Origin: an uncultured Alphaproteobacteria bacterium
Lineage (GTDB): Bacteria; Pseudomonadota; Alphaproteobacteria; Rhizobiales; Hyphomicrobiaceae
Reading direction: 5' to 3'
Assembly (NCBI GenBank): GCA_963831185.1
Contig: CAWHPE010000008.1
Location: forward strand, 13,642-77,641
Length of the DNA stretch: 64,000 nt
Position 1 is the first letter of the stretch. Every line of letters starts with the position of its first letter. A model generated the notes under the pieces. It was not told the DNA's origin. It did no database searches and saw only the letters and a list, made by a program, of their open reading frames with translations. A program made the position numbers and the translations under genes. Of the stretch, positions 48,709-57,823 are shown piece by piece.

Positions 48709-49592
48709 CTAACGGCCCCATTCCTGAAGTTTGTCGCGGCGGCGCGCGCGTGGATCACCCGTATCGATCCAGACTAGACCATCGCGTTTGGGCGCCATCA
48801 CAGTCACCAGCCGGTCCACGCCGCGTTCGATCGGAGAGCGCGCGAACTCCGGCACGGGCACAAGCACGAAATAGAGCACGCGCGGTGACGTCCGGGCGAG
48901 GAGCAGGATCACACACATCAACAAGATGGGGATGGCCGCAAGAAATGGCCAATGCGGCAACCGGAACCGCGGTGCGGCATCTTCAACAATCTCAGCCGCC
49001 TCCGTGTCTGCGGTCGCGGCAGGCGCCGTCCGGCTGGCGCGCCGTGCGCGCTCAGGCACGGTTGTCACGGTGATCGGCTGCACAGTCGTTGCCCGCCGAC
49101 GCGCTTCGGCAACATCGTAAGGCACGATCTCTTGCACATCGTCGGCATCAACTGCGCGCGCGATCGGGGCGCGGCGCTCGCAACCACGACCGGTTCAGGC
49201 GGCAAGTAAGCGGTAATGGGTGCCGTCACCTGCGGCGCGTGCCGGCCATATCCTTGTAGCATCCGGGAGAGGATTGGGCGGCCATCGACCTGTGCCAACC
49301 CCGCATACGCTTCCACGATCCTCACCACTTCAGTCCAGTCCGGCAACGCATCGAGCGCGCCAGCCTCGAGATTGGCAATGACTGTGGGATCGGTCCCCAC
49401 CTTCCGGGCCATGTCCCAGACCCCAAGTCCCGTGATCCCGCGCATACGAATGAAAATCTGACCGAGTTCCGCGTCGAACAACGGCAACGGCGGCACGGGT
49501 TCCGTCCCGATACTCCGGCCCGGCCCCAAATAGCTCTCACGCCCGGCCTCCGCCGGGGCAAAACTTCCAGCGTTGGTCGTCCTGACACCCAT
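48709..49592 (-). pseudogene. XRE-like helix-turn-helix protein with a C-terminal TM anchor, frameshifted
   Basis: HTH GLGVWDMARKVGTDPTVIANLEAG in the upstream frame. The downstream frame continues APIARAVDADDVQEIVPYDVAEARR.. to the TM segment WPFLAAIPILLMCVILLLA. The frames switch near 49165-49175. Confidence 0.65.
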
Positions 49593-49821
49593 GAACGCAG
49601 TTTCGCTCCTTATCGGCCACGCGCCCCAGAGTTGAGCAAACCAGGGTCGAGCAAACAGGCCTTGTCATTCGCATATCCTATGCGAGGGTAATCGAAAACA
49701 CCGGGCGTGGCGACTAGTCCTCCGTCGCTCATGCAACACCACGCGGCACGCGATCTCGAAATGTCGCACCGCAACCATGCGTGCTAGATTTTCAATCGCC
49801 AGAGACACCTCAGAGATATCC

Positions 49822-50749
49822 ATGAACCGCATCACGGCGAACCTCCTGCTGCTCTGCGCGGCGGCCATCTGGGGCTTGGCATTCGTCTTCCAGAAAACCG
49901 CGATGGAAGTGCTGGGGCCGTGGACATTCATCGCCAGTCGCGCCGCGCTCGCGACATTGGCCCTGCTGCCCGTAGCAATTTACGAGGCCCACCGTGCCGG
50001 TTACCGGCGCGGCGAAGCCGATACAGTATCTTTTGCGCCGCCAGGGCTGCTTCGCGCTGGCATCTTCGCCGGCGTGGCCTTCTTTGCCGGAGCCACGCTG
50101 CAACAAATCGGCCTCAAGACCGCAACCGCAACCAACGGCGGCTTCCTCACCGCCCTCTACGTCATCATCACGCCGGTTCTGGCGTGGGTTCTGTTGCGGC
50201 GCGTGCCCGGCATCGCACTGCTTCCGGCGATCTTGTTATCGTTTGCAGGCACATGGGCGCTGGGGGGCGGCTCGATCGGCACCCTCTCGACAGGAGACCG
50301 CTTTATAGCGGCGTGTGCGATATTCTGGGCGCTGCATGTCATTCTCTCTGAGAAGGGCTCTGCGTTCCGCCGCCCGGTCATGTTCACAGCGTTTCAGTTT
50401 GCGGTTGTTGCCACGCTGGCATCAATCGGCGCTTTCACGCTTGAAACGCCGACGCTCGCGGCCATGAAAGCCGCGTCCGGCGAAATCCTCTATGTCGGCC
50501 TGCTCTCAAGCGCGCTGACCTTCACGCTATTGACCGTCGCACTGCGCTACACCGCTTCGTCGGAAGCTGCTGTCGATCGTATCGACGGAGAGCCTATTCG
50601 CCGCCATTGCCGGCGCTCTCCTGCTCGGCGAGCGTCTCACGCCGTTGGCTTGGTTCGGCGCCGGACTGATCCTGATTGCGACGCTCATCGTGCAGTTGGC
50701 GCCGCAGCCACGGCGCGCAGCAAAAGAAAACGCGGCCGGTTCGTCATGA
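49822..50749 (+). pseudogene. EamA/DMT-family transporter, frameshifted before the last two TM helices
   Basis: The 10-TM DMT pattern runs from MNRITANLLLLCAAAIWGLAFVFQK. After ..ALRYTASSEAA the membrane text (SIVSTESLFAAIAGALLLGERLTPLAWFGAGLILIATLIVQL..*) continues in another frame, stopping at 50749. Confidence 0.75.
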
Positions 50750-50782
50750 ACCAGCCGCGTCCGATTGATCTGCAGCGCTAAA

Positions 50783-51334
50783 TTACTTCTTCTGATCCGC
50801 CAGCAGATAGACTTTCTGCATCACGTCAGGCGTTGCCGGCGGTTCGCCGCGTGCGATCTGGTCGACGTGTTCCATCCCTGAGATGACTTCGCCCCATACC
50901 GTATATTGACCCGTCAAACCGCGGCAGCCCTGATCCGTAAAGCAGATGAAGAACTGGCTGTTAGCGGAGTTCGGGTTCCCGGTGCGGGCTGCACCGATGG
51001 TGCCGCGCTTGTAAACGTACTGAGAAAACTCAGCCGGCAGATCCGGATACTTCGAGCCACCGACGCCAATGCCCTTGGGATCGCCAGTCTGCGCCATGAA
51101 ACCGCTGATCACGCGGTGCCATTTGACGTTGTCGTAGAACTTTTCCTTGGCCAGCATTTTCACGCGCTCAACGTGTTTGGGGGCCAAGTCGGGCTTAAGC
51201 GCAATCATGACTTTGCCGGTCTTGAGTTCGATCACCAGCGTATTGGCGGGATCGGCCGCCGTTGTCTGCGCCACAGCGGATGCGCTGAGCCCCAGGGCCA
51301 GTGCAAGGGCAAGAATAGGAGCTTTCACGTCCAT
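50783..51334 (-). CDS. Cyclophilin-type peptidyl-prolyl cis-trans isomerase, periplasmic
   Basis: Signal peptide MDVKAPILALALALGLSASAVAQ, then FYDNVKWHRVISGFMAQTGDP and SANSQFFICF motifs. Confidence 0.9.
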   Translation of the reverse strand: MDVKAPILALALALGLSASAVAQTTAADPANTLVIELKTGKVMIALKPDLAPKHVERVKMLAKEKFYDNVKWHRVISGFMAQTGDPKGIGVGGSKYPDLPAEFSQYVYKRGTIGAARTGNPNSANSQFFICFTDQGCRGLTGQYTVWGEVISGMEHVDQIARGEPPATPDVMQKVYLLADQKK

Positions 51335-51434
51335 CTCTCCAATTGAGTAAGCGGGCTATCCGCTGCACTTAAGGCAATGAAATGGGCGCCGTCCAGGCAA
51401 GAGGACGGCGCCCAAGCAAAACTCTTTTGCGCGA

Positions 51435-52100
51435 TCAGTTCGACTGGTGCGTTTTGCGGAACCGCATCATCGTGAAGATGCCCATCGGGCGCAGCGCGCG
51501 CTTGTCTTCCAACTTGAGCTCTGGGCAAACCATCACGCGGTCGACATCGAACACCGGGCGCCAGCCGAGCTTGTCGCCAAATGGAGCCATCCGCCGCTCG
51601 ACCCAGCCGCGCACACCCTCTTCTGTCGAGAAGTGATTGACGATCAACACCTGGCCGCCTGTTTTGCAGACGCGCGCCAATTCCTTCATCACCTTTTCAG
51701 GATCCGGAACGACGGTCATCACATACATCGCAACGACGGTGTCGAAGCTTTCGGTCGCGAACTTGAGGTCGCCAGCATCCATCTCATGCAAGCCGGTGAC
51801 ATTGCTCAAGCCTTCCTCGGCCACGCGGGTGCGCGCCTTGTCGAGCATCTCGGTCGACAGATCGATGCCGACGATCTCGAGAGACCGCTTGTAATCCGGC
51901 AAAGACAAACCGGTTCCGACACCAACTTCGAGCACGCGGCCGGTCGATTGGTTGATCATCTCGACCGTATGCTTACGGCCTTCAGTCGCCACTTTGCCGA
52001 AGGTGTGATCGTAAACCGGAGCCCAACGGCGATACGCGATCTTGATGGCGTCTTCGTGCATCTGTGCAACCACGGCAGGCTTATGTGACTTCGACGTCAT
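51435..52100 (-). CDS. Class I SAM-dependent methyltransferase, PmtA-like (phospholipid N-methyltransferase type)
   Basis: YRRWAPVYDHTFG.., SAM motif VLEVGVGTG and VVAMYVMTVVPDP. ATG 52100 has AGGAG 9 nt upstream. An alternative start at 52136 is possible. Confidence 0.7.
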   Translation of the reverse strand: MTSKSHKPAVVAQMHEDAIKIAYRRWAPVYDHTFGKVATEGRKHTVEMINQSTGRVLEVGVGTGLSLPDYKRSLEIVGIDLSTEMLDKARTRVAEEGLSNVTGLHEMDAGDLKFATESFDTVVAMYVMTVVPDPEKVMKELARVCKTGGQVLIVNHFSTEEGVRGWVERRMAPFGDKLGWRPVFDVDRVMVCPELKLEDKRALRPMGIFTMMRFRKTHQSN

Positions 52101-52303
52101 TGACGACCGCTCCTGGGGCGAACGCAGAGAACCCATGGTGATTGAAACTCCCTCTTAGAAATCTTGGCAATACGCGAATAGGAAATGCGATCGAACTGTG
52201 TTGATGACGCCGTCTGGCGCTGCGCCGTCAACGCGTCGCAATGGATTGTTGGGTTGAAGACACGACCGGTAAGGCCGATTTTGGGCGGTCGTGGCGTTGG
52301 CCG

Positions 52304-53564
52304 TCACACTTGGCTCGTCTGGTCCACCGTCAGGTCCAAACGAGTTTCAGCGATAAAGCCACCGCCGAGCACCCGCGCTTGCGGCGCTTCGTCGGCATAG
52401 AACACCGCCGCCTGTCCAGGCGAGATACCATGTTCAGGGTCATCGAGCGTCACCACGGCATGACCGTCGGCACCGCAGACGACGACACCTCGACGCAACG
52501 GCTGACTGGAGCGCGTTCGCACGTAGACGGCCATCGGCGACGACGCGTCCGGACGCACCGAGCCGAGCCAGTTCACCCCCCGCAGGCGGATTGTATTCAC
52601 CCCCAGGTGCGACCGCGGACCGACGATAACCTGACGGCGCTGCGGATCGAGACCGCACGACGAAGAGCGGCTCGCCCGCTGCAATCCCGAGCCCTTTGCG
52701 CTGCCCGACCGTGAAGTGAACGATGCCACTGTGTTGACCGAGCACGCGACCATCGACATGGACGATGTCGCCAGGATCGGCGGCGGCGGGGTTCAGCTTC
52801 TGAATAACGTCGGTGTAACGGCCGCTGGGCACGAAGCAAATGTCTTGGCTGTCGGCCTTGTCGGCGACAGCAATCCCGAATTGCCGGGCGAGGGCGCGAA
52901 CGTCAGGCTTTGCCAAGCCGCCGAGCGGAAAGACCAGCTTAGCCAACTGCTCTTGTGTCGTTGAGAACAGGAAATAGCTCTGATCACGGTCGCTATCATG
53001 CGCGCGGCGCAATTCAGCGCCTTCGGGGCCGTCGACGCGCTGGACATAGTGACCAGTCGCCAGAGCATCCGCGCCAAGGCTAGCGGCAGTGCTCAACAGC
53101 TCACCGAACTTGAGGTCGCTGTTGCAACTGACGCAAGGGATGGGCGTTTCACCCTGCACATAGGAGTTGATAAACGGCGCAATCACCCGTTCACGAAAGC
53201 GCTTCTCGTAGTCGAGCACGTAATGAGGGATGCCAAGGGTCGCCGCAACGGCGCGCGCATCATGGATATCCTGGCCGGCGCAGCATGATCCGGCCTTACC
53301 GACCGCGGCACCGTGGTCGTAAAGCTGCATTGTCATACCAACGACATCAAACCCGGCATATTTCAGAATGGCGGCCACAACCGAGCTATCGACGCCACCG
53401 GACATCGCAACGACGACGCGGGCACCGGGCTGCAAAGGCGCCAACGCGCTGAGGACGGCGGCCGGAAGGGGAGTGGCAACGCCCGTCCCGGTCATCGGCA
53501 TGGTGGCGCCGGCCAAACGCCCATCGGGCTCTGTCGGGGCGGCTGTGAGATCGGGAGTAGTCAT
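52304..53564 (-). pseudogene. mnmA: tRNA 2-thiouridine(34) synthase MnmA, frameshifted
   Basis: PP-loop [16 protein letters not shown] and PCVSCN in the upstream frame to ..GEPLFVV. The conserved C-terminus [12 protein letters not shown]...[22 protein letters not shown] lies in another frame, stopping at 52304. Confidence 0.85.
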
Positions 53565-54067
53565 CGTTCGACGCGCAAACCTTGGGTTGGCTTCAAGGGC
53601 CCGGTTCGGCCAAGTTCAGCCAAGCGCACCGCATATCACAGACGCCGAGGTGTGCGATACCGCTTCTGACCGGGTTTGGGCACAATTTTTTGCCCTTCAC
53701 GCCCTGATATGCGTCGGATGGCACCGGAATGGAGGCCTGGAGGTCAGATCGTGTAACAGCTTGAAAACCATAAGCCATAACAAAGTCACGAAATTTTCGC
53801 TTTTGACTGCCAGTCTTCGAATATGGCCTGCCGCTTGCTTGGTGACGGTCAGACATGAACGGTCCTTGGGCCGGTCGTTTCAGAAGGACACAGGTCTTCA
53901 CCCTGCCCCGCTGCTGACGCCGGAAGTTTCTTAGTGGCCGCTAATGTTAACTAAGAAACCAACTATGGTCGTCCCATAATAACGCCAAGTATTTACCTGT
54001 GGCACTTAGGTCGATCTTAATCGTGTTCAACTAGGGTCAGTTCAGGTCTTCAAAGCGTAAGAGTATC

Positions 54068-54346
54068 ATGACCGAGCAACAGTTTAGAGCGCGCGTGCGC
54101 TACGTAATCGGCCCCGATGGCAGTCCGCTCACCGTCGCCGATCTTCCGCCGAGCGACACCAAGCGCTGGGTCATCCGGCGCAAGGCAGAAGTCGTCGCCG
54201 CAGTGCGCGGCGGCCTCCTGAGCCTCGAAGAGGCTTGCGAGCGCTACAAGCTCACGGTCGACGAGTTCCTGTCATGGCAGCGTTCGATCGACCGTCATGG
54301 CCTGCCCGGGCTGCGCGCGACACGAATTCAGGATTACCGTAACTAA
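54068..54346 (+). CDS. DUF1153-family small HTH protein (SciP-like CtrA-associated regulator family, from memory)
   Basis: 92 aa. RWVIRRKAEVVAAVRGGLLSLEEACERYKLTVDEFLSWQRSIDRHGLPGLR. Lies 1.9 kb from ctrA. Confidence 0.75.
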   Translation: MTEQQFRARVRYVIGPDGSPLTVADLPPSDTKRWVIRRKAEVVAAVRGGLLSLEEACERYKLTVDEFLSWQRSIDRHGLPGLRATRIQDYRN

Positions 54347-54447
54347 ATTCGCTGCGCTCAGAGCGAGCCTTCGCGCGCACATCCGCGCGAGGACTTGTGA
54401 CGGCGTAGCGGGCGATCGCTTAATCGTGCGGCCCAAGCGCGATATAC

Positions 54448-55086
54448 TTAATGTGATTTAGGTGACGAAGCCTGCCGCGGTCGTGCGCCAGGCTTTTTCT
54501 GTTTGGCCGGCAGTGACCCGGTCGCAATTGCCGCCGCAGGCGCCGGCGGCCGCACGATTTGCGCCTTGCATCCAGTCCCGCCGCGCACCCAGTCCAGCAC
54601 GTCCGCACGTAGCGCATCTGCGAGGTCATCGGGCAAGCGCGCGTTACTGATCTCAACGTGCGAAGCCGTTTCTCCATTAGGGGACACCAAGATGCGATAC
54701 GCACGCGCGCCGCGCGGCGTCGGCTGGGTCATATCGCGCTCATGCAACACGATGTCGGCGATTTCACCCTTTTCCGACGGTGGTGACACATCTGCATGGA
54801 AAATATGGCTGGTCTTCAGCGGACCATTTGGTCCGAACCAGCAGGTCATCGCCTTGCCTGCAATCGCGGCATAAACTGTCGACGGCGTGCCCGTGCTTGC
54901 GAGATCGGTGCCTGTGACCGCTGCAGTCGCTTGCGTTGTCGCTGTCGCCAGTTCGCTCAACCCCGGACCACCGGAGGCGCAACCTGCGATCCCGCACGCG
55001 ACTAGCGCAACAAGCCCGAGCCGCCGGGCCGAACTAGAGCGGCGATTGGCGCACGAGCGTTCAGTGATGGGGTGCGAAAGCAGCAA
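54448..55086 (-). CDS. Hypothetical lipoprotein
   Basis: Lipobox LVACGIAGCA after a basic N-terminus. I recognise no domain. Confidence 0.6.
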   Translation of the reverse strand: MLLSHPITERSCANRRSSSARRLGLVALVACGIAGCASGGPGLSELATATTQATAAVTGTDLASTGTPSTVYAAIAGKAMTCWFGPNGPLKTSHIFHADVSPPSEKGEIADIVLHERDMTQPTPRGARAYRILVSPNGETASHVEISNARLPDDLADALRADVLDWVRGGTGCKAQIVRPPAPAAAIATGSLPAKQKKPGARPRQASSPKSH

Positions 55087-55164
55087 AACCTAACCTGCGA
55101 CGACTTGAGGGAGGCGGGCTTCCCCGCTTGGGGGTCATGCATGTCAACCGCTGCGCAGGCGATC

Positions 55165-55201
55165 GAAAAGAAAATGACCCGCGAGCAAGACGCTGCGGGT
55201 C
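55165..55201 (-). terminator. Intrinsic terminator downstream of the fliJ-like gene
   Basis: 7-bp stem gacccgc/gcgggtc, followed on the minus strand by ATTTTCTTTTCG. Confidence 0.55.
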
Positions 55202-55320
55202 ACCAAGTCAGAATTCGGCGTTGTGCCGGAAGACAGCGGCAAAGGTTGCAAACAACCCCAGCGTCGCATCGCTCCCGCGTGCCAAAAGTTAGTTGAGGCG
55301 GGCCAAACCTGCCGAAACCA

Positions 55321-55692
55321 TCATCGAAGGCCGGTCGGGACGGCCGATGAGGTGCGTTCCCCGTTATCCCGGCTTTCATCGGTCTCAAGCAGCCGCAGTT
55401 CCTCGACAGCAGCGGCGTGATCGGCCGCAGCTTGATCCATCTGCGCGCGAAGATCTGCAACCGAAGCGAGTAATTTCTCGCGCCGCTGCGCCGCAGCCTT
55501 CGCAAAGGTTGAATAGCTGAAATGCTGCGGGTCTTTGACCCCAGTCCGCTCTTCTTCGGTCAAAATTTGCCGGTCGAGTTCGGCGGCCATGCCTTCAAAT
55601 TCACGAACCATCCCTTCGAGATCGGACAGTTTCCGGGCTTTTTCGGTCACATTGAACCGCTTCGGCTTGAGCAATGATTCACGCGATTTCAT
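55321..55692 (-). CDS. fliJ: FliJ-like coiled-coil protein (annotated as flagellar export protein FliJ next to ctrA in Rhizobiales)
   Basis: 123-aa all-helical protein starting MKSRESLLKPKRFNVTEKARKLSDLEGMV. Position divergent from ctrA. ATG 55692 is preferred over 55749. Confidence 0.55.
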   Translation of the reverse strand: MKSRESLLKPKRFNVTEKARKLSDLEGMVREFEGMAAELDRQILTEEERTGVKDPQHFSYSTFAKAAAQRREKLLASVADLRAQMDQAAADHAAAVEELRLLETDESRDNGERTSSAVPTGLR

Positions 55693-56254
55693 AACGCTTA
55701 CCCCTGATACGCAAACGAGGCTGACCCACGTAAACGCTCTTAAGACCAAACAAGTTTCGTGCCACCTGAGGTAAGGCCGCTACAGCGCTGACCCGGCAGC
55801 AAAATTCCCGTTCCATCTATACCACTTAACATTAATCATTTAAGTGGCGGTAAAGCAACGGTGCTCTGCAAACTGAAAAGAGCACCTATCCCCCTCTCTT
55901 TCGGCCTCATTTTGGCCTTCCCCGCTGAGTCGCAAATCAGATAGGGATATTTTCAACAGCTTCGACGCATCCCAGGGTGGGGCAAATTGCTGGGGTGTTT
56001 TGAGTTCCAAAGACGTTGAACGGGTGTCAGGTGGTTCTCGCGGACTGCTAAAGGTTTCCGTCGGCAAATTCGCAGAGCGGTAGTCCTTGAGAATCGCAGG
56101 CCAAAAATCAAAATGGGAAATTTGGCAAGGGTTCGTTAGGTTTTGTTAACTTCTCCGCGGTAGCGTCTTAATACATTCGGTTTCTCAGTTGCGTTTCCTA
56201 TTTCGCGAATAAAGCAGGCGGCCTGTCATTCAGGCGGGGGACGAGAGGAAAGAC

Positions 56255-56953
56255 ATGCGGGTTCTTCTAATTGAGGACGACAGTGCAACTGCACAAAGCA
56301 TCGAACTGATGCTTCAGTCCGAAGGCTTCAACATCTACACGACCGACCTCGGCGAGGAGGGTGTGGATCTTGGTAAGCTCTATGATTACGACATCATTCT
56401 TCTCGACCTGAACCTGCCCGACATGAGCGGGTACGAGGTTTTGAAAACGTTGCGCGTCAGCAAAGTTCAGACACCAATTCTTATCCTCTCCGGTCTTGCC
56501 GGCATCGAGGATAAGGTGCGTGGCCTTGGCTTCGGCGCCGATGACTACATGACCAAGCCGTTCCATAAAGACGAGCTTGTGGCCCGCATTCACGCCATTG
56601 TCCGCCGCTCGAAAGGCCACGCCCAGTCGGTCATCGAAACCGGCGATCTTCGCGTCAATCTTGATGCGAAAACAGTCGAGGTTAACGGCAATCGCGTGCA
56701 TCTGACCGGCAAAGAATACCAGATGCTCGAGCTGCTTTCGCTGCGCAAGGGCACGACGCTGACCAAGGAAATGTTCTTAAATCATCTCTACGGCGGGATG
56801 GACGAGCCCGAACTCAAGATCATCGACGTCTTTATCTGTAAGCTGCGCAAAAAACTGCAAACCGCAACTGGTGGCAAACACTACATCGAAACTGTCTGGG
56901 GCCGTGGCTATGTCCTGCGCGATCCCGGTGATGAGGGCAACGTGGCGGCCTGA
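56255..56953 (+). CDS. ctrA: Cell-cycle response regulator CtrA (OmpR family)
   Basis: [23 protein letters not shown] receiver domain and a winged-helix C-terminus ([13 protein letters not shown]). Very high resemblance to alphaproteobacterial CtrA. Confidence 0.95.
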   Translation: MRVLLIEDDSATAQSIELMLQSEGFNIYTTDLGEEGVDLGKLYDYDIILLDLNLPDMSGYEVLKTLRVSKVQTPILILSGLAGIEDKVRGLGFGADDYMTKPFHKDELVARIHAIVRRSKGHAQSVIETGDLRVNLDAKTVEVNGNRVHLTGKEYQMLELLSLRKGTTLTKEMFLNHLYGGMDEPELKIIDVFICKLRKKLQTATGGKHYIETVWGRGYVLRDPGDEGNVAA

Positions 56954-56990
56954 CGGGTCCTCTCTCCCTGAAAATGCCGCTTGCCGAAAC

Positions 56991-57020
56991 GGGGGCTCAT
57001 TTTGAGCCCCCTTTTCTTTT
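56991..57020 (+). terminator. Intrinsic terminator of ctrA
   Basis: Stem gggggctc/gagccccc with a 5-nt loop, followed by TTTTCTTTT. Confidence 0.8.
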
Positions 57021-57086
57021 GCGCTTCGTGCTGATCTCGGCTACCCGTCGCCCAAATTCGTATTCCGCACTCTGCGAGGCTCCGGC

Positions 57087-57731
57087 ATGGCTTTGAAAGC
57101 TGCAATCGTCCCCGTCACCCCGTTTCAGCAAAATTGCACGATTGTGTATGACGAGCAGACGAAGAAGGGCGCCGTGATCGATCCCGGCGGCGATCTCGAC
57201 CGCATTCAAGACGCGATCCAGCAACTCGGCGTGACCATCGAAGCGATTTTCTTGACCCACGGTCACATCGATCACGCCGCTGGCGCCGATGAATTGCGCG
57301 AAAAGCTCAAGGTCACCATCACCGGACCGCACAAGGCCGACAAGTTTCTCTTGGATGGTCTGGAAAAGCAGGCCGCACAGTACGGCTTTCCCGGCGTCCG
57401 CAACGTGACCCCGGATCGCTGGCTCGACGAAGGTGAAAAAGTCGTCATCGCCGGCGGCGAGTTCGATGTCTACCACTGCCCCGGCCATTCACCGGGCTCC
57501 GTTGTCTACGTCAACAAAGCGGCAGGTGTTGCGTTCGTCGGCGACGTCCTCTTTCAAGGCTCGATCGGCCGCACTGATTTTCCGTATGGTGACACCGACG
57601 CGCTCGTCAGTTCTGTGCGCAACAAGTTGTTCCCATTGGGCGACGACATTGTTTTTGTTTGCGGCCACGGCCCCGCGAGCACGTTTGGGCAAGAGCGGCA
57701 GACCAATCCCTTCGTCGGCGAGCGCGCCTGA
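57087..57731 (+). CDS. MBL-fold metallo-hydrolase (glyoxalase II-like)
   Basis: THGHIDHAAG (HxHxDH) motif. 214 aa. Confidence 0.85.
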   Translation: MALKAAIVPVTPFQQNCTIVYDEQTKKGAVIDPGGDLDRIQDAIQQLGVTIEAIFLTHGHIDHAAGADELREKLKVTITGPHKADKFLLDGLEKQAAQYGFPGVRNVTPDRWLDEGEKVVIAGGEFDVYHCPGHSPGSVVYVNKAAGVAFVGDVLFQGSIGRTDFPYGDTDALVSSVRNKLFPLGDDIVFVCGHGPASTFGQERQTNPFVGERA

Positions 57732-57823
57732 TCCCAGCATCGGGATGCCCGTTGGCGGTGCGCGGCTAGGTGGTGGCAACGCGAGTGCCGCTGCAATATG
57801 GGGAGCAAGAAGTAGGAGCCGCA

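Noticed and set aside
51447-52088. 213-codon plus-strand ORF opposite the PmtA-like methyltransferase (similar shadows at 10228-10899, 16324-16926, 60061-60657, 63446-63997)
   Set aside because: Each lies antisense to a gene with clear family motifs and has an Arg/His-rich, motif-free translation.
16836-52760. Programmed ribosomal frameshifting as the explanation for the split genes
   Set aside because: The sites share no slippery heptamer, stimulatory hairpin or in-frame rare/stop-codon logic. They require shifts in both directions. They occur in families not known to use recoding. CCCAAAG at 19222-19228 is in the wrong register for -1 slippage, and the shift needed there is +1.
53593-53901. 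102-codon minus-strand ORF in the mnmA/sciP-like intergenic region
   Set aside because: It has no start context or recognisable domain, its composition is atypical for the window, and it overlaps the likely promoter regions of both flanking genes. A small basic protein cannot be fully excluded.
55750-56254. Canonical CtrA boxes (TTAA-N7-TTAA) upstream of ctrA
   Set aside because: By-eye scanning found only off-spacing candidates (TTAG-N6-TTAAC at ~56136; TTAA half-sites with a 10-nt gap at 55826-55843). Not reported as features.
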